A DNA stretch of 64,000 nt from an uncultured delta proteobacterium (GTDB lineage Bacteria > Desulfobacterota > Binatia > UBA9968): NCBI GenBank assembly GCA_963755715.1, contig CAVWLW010000006.1:1-64000 (forward strand), in the 5' to 3' direction. A model generated the notes under the pieces. That model was given only the letters and a program-made list of their open reading frames with translations, ran no database searches and had not been told where the DNA came from. A program made the translations under genes and the position numbers. Below are positions 54,383 to 63,184 of the stretch, piece after piece (within the stretch, counting starts at the first letter, position 1; each line of letters starts with the position of its first letter).

Positions 54383-55390
54383 TCAGCGATACAAAGCGTC
54401 GATGAAGCCGCTCGATTGCAATTGCCGCACGAAGGAATCATCAAAAAATTTTCTTGGCTCGCTGTCTTTCGCCTTGGGAATTCTGGCGGCGAGATCGTCC
54501 AAAACCGACCTCATCGCTTCGACGGTCGTGAGTGGGACTTTGAGCATGTATTTCTGCACGTCGACGTCGTACGATTCGGCCAGCGCCGCCGGATTCGCCG
54601 TCCGTAAATACTTACCCATCACTTTGAGCGCAAAAGTCTTGTCTCGTTTGGCGCGCGCGATCGCTTCGGTTTGCGCCGTTACGTAACGGCGCACCAGATC
54701 GGCATCCTCGCGGATCAAGCGGCCGCGCGTGGTGATACCGGTGAACGCATAAGGAATTCCCAGCGCGGCGACATCGAGCAATGCATGATGGCCGAGCTTC
54801 AGCGCTTGGGTAATCGCGGGATAGGAAAGGATTCCCGCTTGAATGCGATTGCCCTGCAGCGCCGCGACCATGGATTCCATGCCGCCGACCTGGACGATAG
54901 CGACGTCTTTTTCGGGCACGAGGCCGAAATGGCGCAGCGCCAGGCGCGCCCCGACGTCGATCGAAGTACCGAAGCGCGTGATGCCCAAGGTCCGGCCCTT
55001 CAGCTGCTCTGCCTTTTCGACTTCCGGCCGAGCGATCAGTTGCTGCACGAGAGATTCCAACGTCGTACCAACGACGATGACATCGGCGCCGCCGAGGGCT
55101 GCGCTCGCGGTGGTACCGCCAGAGATCTGCAAGAACTGCACTTCGCCGGCGATCAAAGCGTTCATGCCTTCAACGCCGGTGGGCGTGGCAATCACTTCCA
55201 CGTCCAGGCCATGTTTGTTGAAGATGCCAGCTTCGCGCGCGATCCAGGGCGGACACATCGATGAAGAGAGCGAAGTAAAAGCCATGCGCACTTTGCGCAA
55301 CGGCGGAGACTCAGCGGCGTAGGCGCCAGGCAGCACTGGACCTAAGACGATGAGAAAAATAGTGAACAAAACGAAAGGACGAATCTTCAT
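54383..55390 (-). CDS. Orphan ABC substrate-binding protein (NMT1/THI5-like)
   Basis: Signal peptide, WIAREAGIFNKHGLDVE, LKGRTLGITRFGT. Confidence 0.88.
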   Translation of the reverse strand: MKIRPFVLFTIFLIVLGPVLPGAYAAESPPLRKVRMAFTSLSSSMCPPWIAREAGIFNKHGLDVEVIATPTGVEGMNALIAGEVQFLQISGGTTASAALGGADVIVVGTTLESLVQQLIARPEVEKAEQLKGRTLGITRFGTSIDVGARLALRHFGLVPEKDVAIVQVGGMESMVAALQGNRIQAGILSYPAITQALKLGHHALLDVAALGIPYAFTGITTRGRLIREDADLVRRYVTAQTEAIARAKRDKTFALKVMGKYLRTANPAALAESYDVDVQKYMLKVPLTTVEAMRSVLDDLAARIPKAKDSEPRKFFDDSFVRQLQSSGFIDALYR

Positions 55391-55581
55391 TTTATCGCTA
55401 GCAAAAATTGTTTGGCGGCTTCTCGCGCCACTTTTGCTTGGCTTCACGGTGACAAGCTTCTCCGCCGTAACTTAGTCGAATATCTTTTCGCTGACAAACA
55501 GATACGGCAGAGGAAAAGCAGATGAGGAGCAAGATTGAGCGGCCTTACTCGAAGCTCAAAGACGGAAAGCCTTCTCAGGCC

Positions 55582-56844
55582 TCAGGCCGCGGGAGGAATA
55601 GCGATCTTTTGTCCGATATAAATGTAATCGGGGTTGACGATAACTTTCCGGTTAGCTTCGTAAATCTTTGGCCACTTCAACGGGCTGCCATAAAACCATT
55701 CGGCCAAATCGCTGAGGGTATCACCTGCCTTCACGGCGTAGTCCACTGGCTCAACCGGCAATCTCGGCGGCTTGTCAGCGACCACGATCGGCTTGGTTTT
55801 GTACAGACGATCAATAAATCCAGAATTATCCAGTTCTTTGACAAATGACAGGTCGACAAACTGCTCCGGCCGAGCTGTCTTTGCTTCGGGCTCCCTTCCA
55901 CCTACTTCTCGAAGGATGGCGTCAATTCCTTTCAGCGTCGGATACGGCTTCGCGGGGACAAGAGCAAGTCCGATATCCGCGTGTATCTCCTTCAAAGCCT
56001 CGGCATTGTTGGTCTTGAGATACTTTGCCAGAACGGTTAGCGACTCCTGCCGGTTGGTTTTGTAGTAATGAATACCTTCCACATAGGCTTTCATGACATT
56101 GCGGACAAGGTCAGGCTGGGATTTGATCAATGCCCGAGTCGTTGCTAATCCCGTGTGCTGATACTCGAGGCCGAGCATTTTAAGGTTGGCTAGAACGCGA
56201 AAGCCCTTTGTTTTCGCATGGAGACTCTGAGGAACTTCCAGCATCACCCCTTGGACCTTTCCTGTCTCAAGCGCGGCGAACCGGTCCGGCTGCGTCCCGA
56301 TCTCAAGAATTTTTACATCCTTATCCGGGACTAAACCATACTTATCGAGGGCGAAGCGAATCGCAAAGTCCGAAGAACTCCCATACCGGCTCACCGCCAG
56401 GGCCTTGCCCTTCAATTGATCCGGTCGTTGGACGGTCTTGTCAACGATGAATTGATAATTCATCGTGTTCAGGATCCCGGCGATCATCACGATGTCCGCG
56501 CCCTTGAGGTTACTCTGGATAACCCCAGCGCCTGCCATCTGTGCAAAGGCCACGTCGCCTGACGCGAGGGTTTGTGCGGCCCGGCTTCCTCCTTCCACAA
56601 GCACGAGCTGCACGTTCAAGCCATACTTGCTGAAGAAACCCTTTTCGTAGGTCACCCACAAAGGCGCCATGTTACCCGAAATAGAGCTATAAGCTATGAT
56701 AACCTTCGACAAAGGGCGCTCCGCCGTTTTTTCCGCAGGGTTGGCCAGAGCAGGAGTGAGGAGTCCTATTGCCCAAAGAAAAATGACAATGCCAACCCGC
56801 ACGTCTCGCATTCTCCGCCGGGTAAAGTCCGATTGCGAAAACAT
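55582..56844 (-). CDS. NMT1/THI5-like substrate-binding protein fused to a C-terminal LysM domain
   Basis: LWVTYEKGFFSKYGLNV, LKGKALAVSRYGS; LysM YAVKAGDTLSDLAEWFYG...IYEAN...NPDYIYIGQKIAIP. Confidence 0.88.
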   Translation of the reverse strand: MFSQSDFTRRRMRDVRVGIVIFLWAIGLLTPALANPAEKTAERPLSKVIIAYSSISGNMAPLWVTYEKGFFSKYGLNVQLVLVEGGSRAAQTLASGDVAFAQMAGAGVIQSNLKGADIVMIAGILNTMNYQFIVDKTVQRPDQLKGKALAVSRYGSSSDFAIRFALDKYGLVPDKDVKILEIGTQPDRFAALETGKVQGVMLEVPQSLHAKTKGFRVLANLKMLGLEYQHTGLATTRALIKSQPDLVRNVMKAYVEGIHYYKTNRQESLTVLAKYLKTNNAEALKEIHADIGLALVPAKPYPTLKGIDAILREVGGREPEAKTARPEQFVDLSFVKELDNSGFIDRLYKTKPIVVADKPPRLPVEPVDYAVKAGDTLSDLAEWFYGSPLKWPKIYEANRKVIVNPDYIYIGQKIAIPPAA

Positions 56845-56883
56845 AACTCCGCTAAGTCGGCTGTGTGCGCATCTGCCGCGATC

Positions 56884-57627
56884 TCATCTCGCGACTCTAT
56901 TCTCAACTGGGGTGTTCAGTTCGGCCGCGCTTGCGTCAGTCTTGTCGGTCCGCTCGCCGATGGGCGCAATAATGGCGCGCACGAGAAAAACAGAGAGAGC
57001 GACAGTAACGAGAAGCACGAGGACGATTAAGCCAACAAAGCGAAGCAGGACTGTGTTGATCTCTGTTTTCACGCCCTCTGCCCATATTCCCAGATGGGCT
57101 GTCCCTAGTTGTCCTTCAAGAACCGGTACACGGGTCTCGTATACGGTGTTTCCTTGCAATGTCACGACCCGCGTGCCGATTTGTTTTCGCTCGTCCGGCG
57201 TCAACGTTCGCATAAGCTCTGGAGGGAACGGCCTCATGCTATGGCCAACGATCTGACCGTTAGTATCTTCGATAAAGGCGTATGCCACTCCCTCCAATCG
57301 GGCGTACTTTGTGAGCAACGCGTAAAGGTCCAGAATATTTTTGCCTATGACAGGGCCTGCGGCTGCGTCACTTAAGTTAGTTGCTATGGCCAATGCCCGC
57401 TGATCAATTTCGCTCCGCAGCGCGCGGTCTATGAATTGATTCGCAATGACTATAAGAAGAAGCCCAAAAGCGAGCATCACAGCTGCAACAGTCCCAGTAA
57501 TTTTCCATGCGAGGCGCGAAGATAGTCGTGGGAGCGCGATTTCCTGATCGGTGCTACTGCGAAAGACCGCTGCTCTTGAGTCACTATTTTTTGCTGCTTG
57601 GATTAGGGCATCATAAATTTTGCTCAT
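56884..57627 (-). CDS. Two-TM membrane protein with a periplasmic Cache/PDC-like domain and a degenerate HAMP
   Basis: TM1 (VAAVMLAFGLLLIVIA), VAYAFIEDTNGQIVGHS...YETRVPV...GTAHLGI, TM2, then IIAPI...LNTPV and stop. Confidence 0.7.
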   Translation of the reverse strand: MSKIYDALIQAAKNSDSRAAVFRSSTDQEIALPRLSSRLAWKITGTVAAVMLAFGLLLIVIANQFIDRALRSEIDQRALAIATNLSDAAAGPVIGKNILDLYALLTKYARLEGVAYAFIEDTNGQIVGHSMRPFPPELMRTLTPDERKQIGTRVVTLQGNTVYETRVPVLEGQLGTAHLGIWAEGVKTEINTVLLRFVGLIVLVLLVTVALSVFLVRAIIAPIGERTDKTDASAAELNTPVENRVAR

Positions 57628-57641
57628 ATCCTCTCCGCTGG

Positions 57642-59240
57642 CTAATAAGTCGTATCTGCTTTACCTAATGGGTCGACACCGTTTGCCCTGCTGACGAAGG
57701 CGAGCCACTGCTTGCCCAGTCCGGCCTCCCAGGTTTGCATCGCCTCTTTAAGATTTTTCAACTGGACAATCTCGACCCGCTGCAGCAAAAGATCGTCCGA
57801 AACCCTGCTCGGTGTGATCGCCACTTGATATCCCTCGTTGCCCAAGACGCGGGCGTGTACCCGGGCGTCCGCTCCGTTGTAAAAAGATGCCACGATCAAA
57901 TGATACGAACCATCGGATTGTTCCCTTAACAATGTCTCCTCCGAGAGCGGCACGAGTAAGAGTTCCTGTCCCGGCATGACCCGGTTAAGGTTCTGGATCT
58001 TCGGGTTGAATTCTTTGATGAGGTCCATACCGAGAACCGCACTGGGGCCGTACGTTTCGCCGGCAATTTTTTGGATGGTAGAGCCGGGCTGAATGGTAAT
58101 GCGTTGGTACTGCCGTTTAGAGCCAACTTCTGCACGGGGCTTTTGCGGTAAGGCTTGTGGCGGTAAGGCTTGTGATTGACTGACCGGCACAACCCAATTG
58201 AGATTGTGCCTCAAGGAGTCCAGGCCTCTTCCAGCAATGCTGAACACCGTTCGGGAATCGATAACCGATGCTATGCCGATCAGAAGGAACATCACGAAGA
58301 AGGTGCCAGCGCCGGCTCTCATCAGACGTGTCGCGAAGTGCCGAGGAAGTTCATTGGGTACCTGAGGCAGGGAGGTTTCCTCTTTGACCTTCGGCGCCAA
58401 CAGAGCGGGAACGTCGCGTATCTCGGTGACAGTAGGGTCCAGCTCGAGGTCGCGCGCAACTCGGTCGATTTTATCCGCGTAAACACGTTGTTGCGACTCG
58501 GCGTAGGCGCTAATTAGCGCATTATCGCAGATGATGTTTATGACGCGGGGAATTCCTTTCGAATAATAGGCGATCCGTTCAACCGCGTCAGGATGAAACA
58601 GATCCTTGCCCTCATAGCCGGCAGCCACGAGCCGAGAATCAATGTAAGGACGTACTTCGTTATCCATAAGAGGGTTGAGGCGGCATTGCACGGCGACGCG
58701 CTGCTTAAGTTGTCGGAGATGGGGTTGAGCCAGTTTTGCGTGAAGCTCAGGTTGACCCATCAATACAATTTGGATCAGTTTCTCCTGATCGGTTTCCAGA
58801 TTCGAGAGCAGTCTTAAGTTTTCCAAAACCTCGTCGCTCAGGTTTTGAGCTTCGTCGATTAGCATCGTAACTGTGTGTCCCTGATTGAGCTGCTTGATCA
58901 AATAATCATTCAGTTCCAGCAACATCGCTACTTTGCTTTGATCTTTCGATGTTAAGCCCAGGTCCTGAAGTGTGAGCTGGAGTAATTCAGGAAAGCTTAA
59001 ACAGCTATTAAATACAAAGACCGAATGGACGGTGTCCGCCAAGTTGCGCAATAGTCTACGGAGCAAGGTGGTTTTTCCTGTCCCGACCTCGCCGGTAATG
59101 ACAATGAAACCCTTTTTGGCCTCGATCCCATAGCGCAGGGCAGCAAACGCTTCTAGGTAGAGAGGATTGGTATAGAAAAAACGGGGATCAGGGGTAACGC
59201 TAAAGGGTGATTCTCGGAATCCAAAGTAGCTATTGTACAT
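57642..59240 (-). CDS. ExeA/GspA-family AAA ATPase with TM, LysM and SPOR domains
   Basis: MYNSYFGFRESPFSVTPDPRFFY, GEVGTGKT, IDEAQNL, GIPRVINIICDNAL; LysM IQPGSTIQKIA...NP...PGQEL; SPOR YHLIVASF. Confidence 0.88.
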   Translation of the reverse strand: MYNSYFGFRESPFSVTPDPRFFYTNPLYLEAFAALRYGIEAKKGFIVITGEVGTGKTTLLRRLLRNLADTVHSVFVFNSCLSFPELLQLTLQDLGLTSKDQSKVAMLLELNDYLIKQLNQGHTVTMLIDEAQNLSDEVLENLRLLSNLETDQEKLIQIVLMGQPELHAKLAQPHLRQLKQRVAVQCRLNPLMDNEVRPYIDSRLVAAGYEGKDLFHPDAVERIAYYSKGIPRVINIICDNALISAYAESQQRVYADKIDRVARDLELDPTVTEIRDVPALLAPKVKEETSLPQVPNELPRHFATRLMRAGAGTFFVMFLLIGIASVIDSRTVFSIAGRGLDSLRHNLNWVVPVSQSQALPPQALPQKPRAEVGSKRQYQRITIQPGSTIQKIAGETYGPSAVLGMDLIKEFNPKIQNLNRVMPGQELLLVPLSEETLLREQSDGSYHLIVASFYNGADARVHARVLGNEGYQVAITPSRVSDDLLLQRVEIVQLKNLKEAMQTWEAGLGKQWLAFVSRANGVDPLGKADTTY

Positions 59241-59411
59241 TGATTCCAGCCTTCCTCTTGTTAACGTAGCTGTGTGTTTAGCGTCTGCCTGAACCTGTAA
59301 ACCGAGCCGCACAACCTCATCGGCTTTATTTCACGGCGTCATGTTCAAGAGATTCTTTGATGAAAAGGAGATTGACTGCGCAAGGTCGTAGTAAACCGTG
59401 GCTTTTCTCGA

Positions 59412-59426
59412 GCAAGGCAAATGCCA
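59412..59426 (-). promoter_or_regulatory. sigma54 promoter of the ExeA-like operon
   Basis: Minus strand TGGCATTTGCCTTGC. Confidence 0.65.
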
Positions 59427-59715
59427 ACGGGACAAGTTGCTGATTTCTAATAGGTAGAGTCTTAAAAGCTGGAGGCATTTTCAAACGCGAGCCTAGCGGG
59501 CTTTATCATACACTAGGATAGGTTTTGGCAGGGGACTCATGACTCGGCTGGAAATAGTCTTAACTGAATTTAGGACTTCCGTCCTCTCTCTCTTTGGGAA
59601 ATGGTCGCCTAAGGATGAGTCCCTCCTATACGATTTAATTTCGCTGTTTGTCAAACAGCCGCGAATGAATCGGCCAAACCAGCAATAAAATAAAAGACTA
59701 GAACGAGATTTCAGA

Positions 59716-60720
59716 TCACTGCCAGCCGTAGAAGCGCTTGGCATTCTCGCCTAAGACTTTGGCCTTGGCTGACTCCGAGATGTCCTTGCGGCCGCGGATG
59801 GTCGATACCACGTGCGGGAAGATGCCATCCCAATGCGGATAGTCGGAGGCAAAGACGATCTTGTCCTCGCCGATGCGTTCGATGACGTAGGGCAAAGTTT
59901 CCTCTTCCGGTTCCATGGCGAAGAACCAATTGCCGTGCTTGACGTATTCGCTGGGCTTGTTTTTACAGAGCGGCGCTTCGATCTTGCCGCGTTTTTCCCA
60001 TTCTTCATCCATCCGTTCCATCCAGTACGGCACCCAGCCCACGCCGCATTCGAGAAACGCGATGCGCAGCTTGGGAAAGCGCTCGGCAACGCCGCCGTAC
60101 ATCAGGCCGGCGAACTGGATAAAAGTTTCCACCGGCCGCCCTATGGTGTGCATGAAGATAAAACTATCGAAGCGGACTTCTCCCGCCGGTCCCTCACGCC
60201 GATTGTGCACGCACAGCGGCACGTTGAGGCGCTCAAGCTCTTCATAGAGCGGCCAGAAGGTTTGCGCGCCCAAGTGCTCCTTCATGCCTTGAGTGGCCAC
60301 GGCGATTGACGCCAAGCCGAGCTTGGTGACGGCGCGATTAGCCTCCGCGACCGCCGCTTTCGGGTCCTGAAGCGGCACCAACGCAACGCCCTTCAGACGC
60401 GGGCTCTGACTGCATACGTCTGCGATAAAATCGTTGTAGGCGCGCGCGTAAGCGATCGCGTAATCGCGCTCGATCATGCTGTTGACTGAGAAGCTGCTGG
60501 TGGGAAAAAGCACCGAGAGATCAATCCCCTCTTTATCCATGTCGGCCAGGCGCGTCGGCAGATCATTTTTTTCCAAACCACCGAGCGATCCGCCCATGTT
60601 GGTATCCATTCCGTCGGAAGGCAAAAGACCGCCGGTGCGTTTTGAATAGGGCTCCGGCAGCCGTTTTCGTATGTCGATATCTTTTTCGACAATGTGACCG
60701 TCGGCATCGATCGTGTTCAT
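59716..60720 (-). CDS. Amidohydrolase_2 family protein
   Basis: TIDADGH, SVLFPT, LCVH, FLECG, FASDYPHWD. Confidence 0.92.
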   Translation of the reverse strand: MNTIDADGHIVEKDIDIRKRLPEPYSKRTGGLLPSDGMDTNMGGSLGGLEKNDLPTRLADMDKEGIDLSVLFPTSSFSVNSMIERDYAIAYARAYNDFIADVCSQSPRLKGVALVPLQDPKAAVAEANRAVTKLGLASIAVATQGMKEHLGAQTFWPLYEELERLNVPLCVHNRREGPAGEVRFDSFIFMHTIGRPVETFIQFAGLMYGGVAERFPKLRIAFLECGVGWVPYWMERMDEEWEKRGKIEAPLCKNKPSEYVKHGNWFFAMEPEEETLPYVIERIGEDKIVFASDYPHWDGIFPHVVSTIRGRKDISESAKAKVLGENAKRFYGWQ

Positions 60721-60895
60721 GCAGAATCCTCCTGACCGAATTGAAGCAAACAAATAGCTGACGTGAGAAAGCTTAGTCAGAGGACTGCATCGGTGTCAAC
60801 CGGAAGCGCTGCGGAGTGTTGCGCAAAATACTTCGAGGGAACTCGGAGTGAAAACTCGTCGAGTTCCCTCGAAGGAGTAGCTGGAAGTGCGGCTC

Positions 60896-61216
60896 CTATC
60901 GCCGTCGCGCGTTCGGCAACGGCGCGGCCGCTTCATTCATGGCAAAGGCTTCGACGTCTTGTTCTCTTAGATCGCGGGTCTTTTCCACTTCCGCCTCGCG
61001 CGCGGTCAGCACCCGCACCTGGCCTTGCGCCAGCGGTTTTGCATAGGTTTTAATGAGCCACACTTTGCCAGTGAAGCGATTCATTTTGTAGGCGGTGTCG
61101 ACGGGTCCGCTCGGCGGAGTGATGGTGTACACTCCGCCGAGCAGGAAAGCGACCAGGAGCACCAGCACAGTGCCGGCGCTGGCCCACATGATTTTTTCGG
61201 TTGTAATCGAATTCAT
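60896..61216 (-). CDS. Small membrane-anchored hypothetical protein
   Basis: N-terminal TM; YKMNRFTGKVW; SD GGAGG. Confidence 0.7.
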   Translation of the reverse strand: MNSITTEKIMWASAGTVLVLLVAFLLGGVYTITPPSGPVDTAYKMNRFTGKVWLIKTYAKPLAQGQVRVLTAREAEVEKTRDLREQDVEAFAMNEAAAPLPNARRR

Positions 61217-61247
61217 CTTCGATCCTCCCGGAAGACAAAATCAGAAA

Positions 61248-61604
61248 TTAATATTCGCTGCGTTGGCGCTGCAGCCGCTGAATATCCTGCTGGTTGCGGT
61301 TGATCTCGGCCTGATTGCGATTGATCTGCTGCTGTTGCTGGTAGTTGGTGATCTCATGCCCCTGCAATTGGTCGCCAACCAAAGCTCCTGCGCCTAAGCC
61401 GAGCGCGCCGCCGATGGCCGCTCCAGCAGCTGGATGACCCACCGCCGAGCCGATGATACCACCCGTCGCGGCACCGCCCAACGCGCCGATGCCTGCGCCT
61501 TTCTCGCGCGTACTCAAAGGACCGCCGGCGCAACCCGTCAGCAGGAGCGCTCCAGCCAAAACCGTAATACCCGTGCTTTGCACAATCGTTTTGTTAGTAA
61601 ACAT
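61248..61604 (-). CDS. Glycine-zipper lipoprotein (OsmB/YMGG-like)
   Basis: Lipobox LTGC; GAGIGALGGAATGGIIG...GAAIGGALG; Gln-rich coiled tail. Confidence 0.85.
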   Translation of the reverse strand: MFTNKTIVQSTGITVLAGALLLTGCAGGPLSTREKGAGIGALGGAATGGIIGSAVGHPAAGAAIGGALGLGAGALVGDQLQGHEITNYQQQQQINRNQAEINRNQQDIQRLQRQRSEY

Positions 61605-61647
61605 ATCATCCTCCCATTCGTTCCATCTAATATTGGACGGTTAAAAC

Positions 61648-61938
61648 TTATTTGCTTTGTCCCTTTGGCTTTCCGTTCTTCGATCTCGCATCGTCTGTCC
61701 GATTGTCTTTGTCGTGCTGTTTGTGACGCTCGTCGGCGCGTACCCAACCCTTGTCCGGATCCGCGGACCACTGCGAATTGGTATTGAACGAGCCCTTGGA
61801 GCTCATGTGCTCGGCACCCTTGCCGCCACGCTGGTTTGCGTCATTTTTACCCGTTGACGCGGCGCCGACCGTCGAGAGCGTAAATGCCAGCAACGCGTGA
61901 AGAGGTATCACCGCAATTAAATACTTCGGCGGTTTCAT
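61648..61938 (-). CDS. Small secreted hydrophilic protein
   Basis: Signal peptide followed by a charged low-complexity region; SD GAGG. Confidence 0.65.
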   Translation of the reverse strand: MKPPKYLIAVIPLHALLAFTLSTVGAASTGKNDANQRGGKGAEHMSSKGSFNTNSQWSADPDKGWVRADERHKQHDKDNRTDDARSKNGKPKGQSK

Positions 61939-61953
61939 AAAAGCCTCGCATCT

Positions 61954-62139
61954 TTAAGCTTTGGCCGCAGTATCAACCGTAGCAGGTCGTGTAAACGCTT
62001 CGTGCAACGGTTTTAACTCGACCTTCGAAATATTCTCGTTTAGGTGCCGCACCATCTCGGTCAGAATCGCCAAAATGGCCATATGATTCGGTGCATTCAT
62101 CGAAATCTCCTCGGACGACTTTTTCGTAGTTTTTTTCAT
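61954..62139 (-). CDS. Small hypothetical protein (alternative start 62100)
   Basis: First ORF after the sigma54 promoter; SD-like sequences precede both ATGs. Confidence 0.45.
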   Translation of the reverse strand: MKKTTKKSSEEISMNAPNHMAILAILTEMVRHLNENISKVELKPLHEAFTRPATVDTAAKA

Positions 62140-62172
62140 GAGCTTAATTTCTCTCCGTTCACAGACTAAACC

Positions 62173-62187
62173 GCAATCGCAATGCCA
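62173..62187 (-). promoter_or_regulatory. sigma54 promoter
   Basis: Minus strand TGGCATTGCGATTGC. Confidence 0.75.
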
Positions 62188-62362
62188 AAAGAAAAATCTT
62201 GTAATTTTAATGGCTTAACACTCTATTGATATTCGCGGACTGGTAAAAATGGCGGGATTGGGGAGAAATTACCCTAGCGTGGGTAAGGGTCGAAAAGTGA
62301 CAGCGACGCAACAGTAACCGCCGCAGCGGTATGCTAGATAGAGCTGAATTAGAGCGCCGAGA

Positions 62363-63049
62363 TTACCTGAGCGCACGCAGGGCGTGAATGCGCTCGGATG
62401 TCGCAGGATGAGTCGACAATAGACCGCCGCCGCTATTGCCATTGCGTTGCACCAGCCACTCCAGCGTATTCAACATAGTCTCTTTGGAATAGCCGGCGCG
62501 CTGCAGCAGTGTCACGGCATGGCGATCGGCCTGGGCCTCAAGCGGACGGGTATAACTGTTGGTAATCAAAGTGCCGGCGATCGGCGTCACCGCGCTGCTG
62601 CCGGGTATCAGTTGCTCTAAGAGCGCGACGCCGATGTTTACGCCCGCACCGACGACCTGGGCTTGCGCCGGATGGCCGAGATCTTCGTGGGCAATTTCAT
62701 GGGCCAAAACGCCGCGCAGTTGATCATCGCTGGCTTGGTTCAATAATCCAGTGGTGACGTAGTATCGTCCGTCGCCTGCGCTGGCAGCATTGATCGCCGG
62801 ATCGTCGACGATCGAAACGCGAATATCATCGGTTGCGATTCGATGATTGGTCACGCGCAGCAGTGGCACCATCACATAGCGTAGCCGGTCGAGCTGTTGC
62901 TCGGCCTGCGTCGAGTAGTCGTAACGCCGCGCGCGCTCTTTGCGGATCGCCTCTGCGTCGGGCGCCACCGCGGCGCTAAGCAAAACAGCCAACGATAGCG
63001 TTAGCAGCGTTGGTTTCTTCAGCCCAAAAATTTTTTGCCAAACACTCAC
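62363..63049 (-). CDS. M48 family zinc metallopeptidase, exported
   Basis: INAAS, VTTGLL, LRGVLAHEIAH, EAQAD, LSTHPATSERI. Confidence 0.92.
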   Translation of the reverse strand: MSVWQKIFGLKKPTLLTLSLAVLLSAAVAPDAEAIRKERARRYDYSTQAEQQLDRLRYVMVPLLRVTNHRIATDDIRVSIVDDPAINAASAGDGRYYVTTGLLNQASDDQLRGVLAHEIAHEDLGHPAQAQVVGAGVNIGVALLEQLIPGSSAVTPIAGTLITNSYTRPLEAQADRHAVTLLQRAGYSKETMLNTLEWLVQRNGNSGGGLLSTHPATSERIHALRALR

Positions 63050-63086
63050 AAATTTCCTACGTGGCCAATTTTTACTTAATCAAAAC

Positions 63087-63101
63087 GCAATGCGCATGCC
63101 A
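63087..63101 (-). promoter_or_regulatory. sigma54 promoter of the M48 gene
   Basis: Minus strand TGGCATGCGCATTGC. Confidence 0.75.
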
Positions 63102-63184
63102 CGTCGCCAACGTAAAGAAATTGATCGTTTGCGCTCGCTGGAGAAACAACCGATGGCGCAAAAATGTTAAGTGCGTGGAAAAAA

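Noticed and set aside
58146-58174. 15-bp tandem duplication (QALPPQALPQ) in the ExeA linker
   Set aside because: Two copies in a low-complexity linker; not an array
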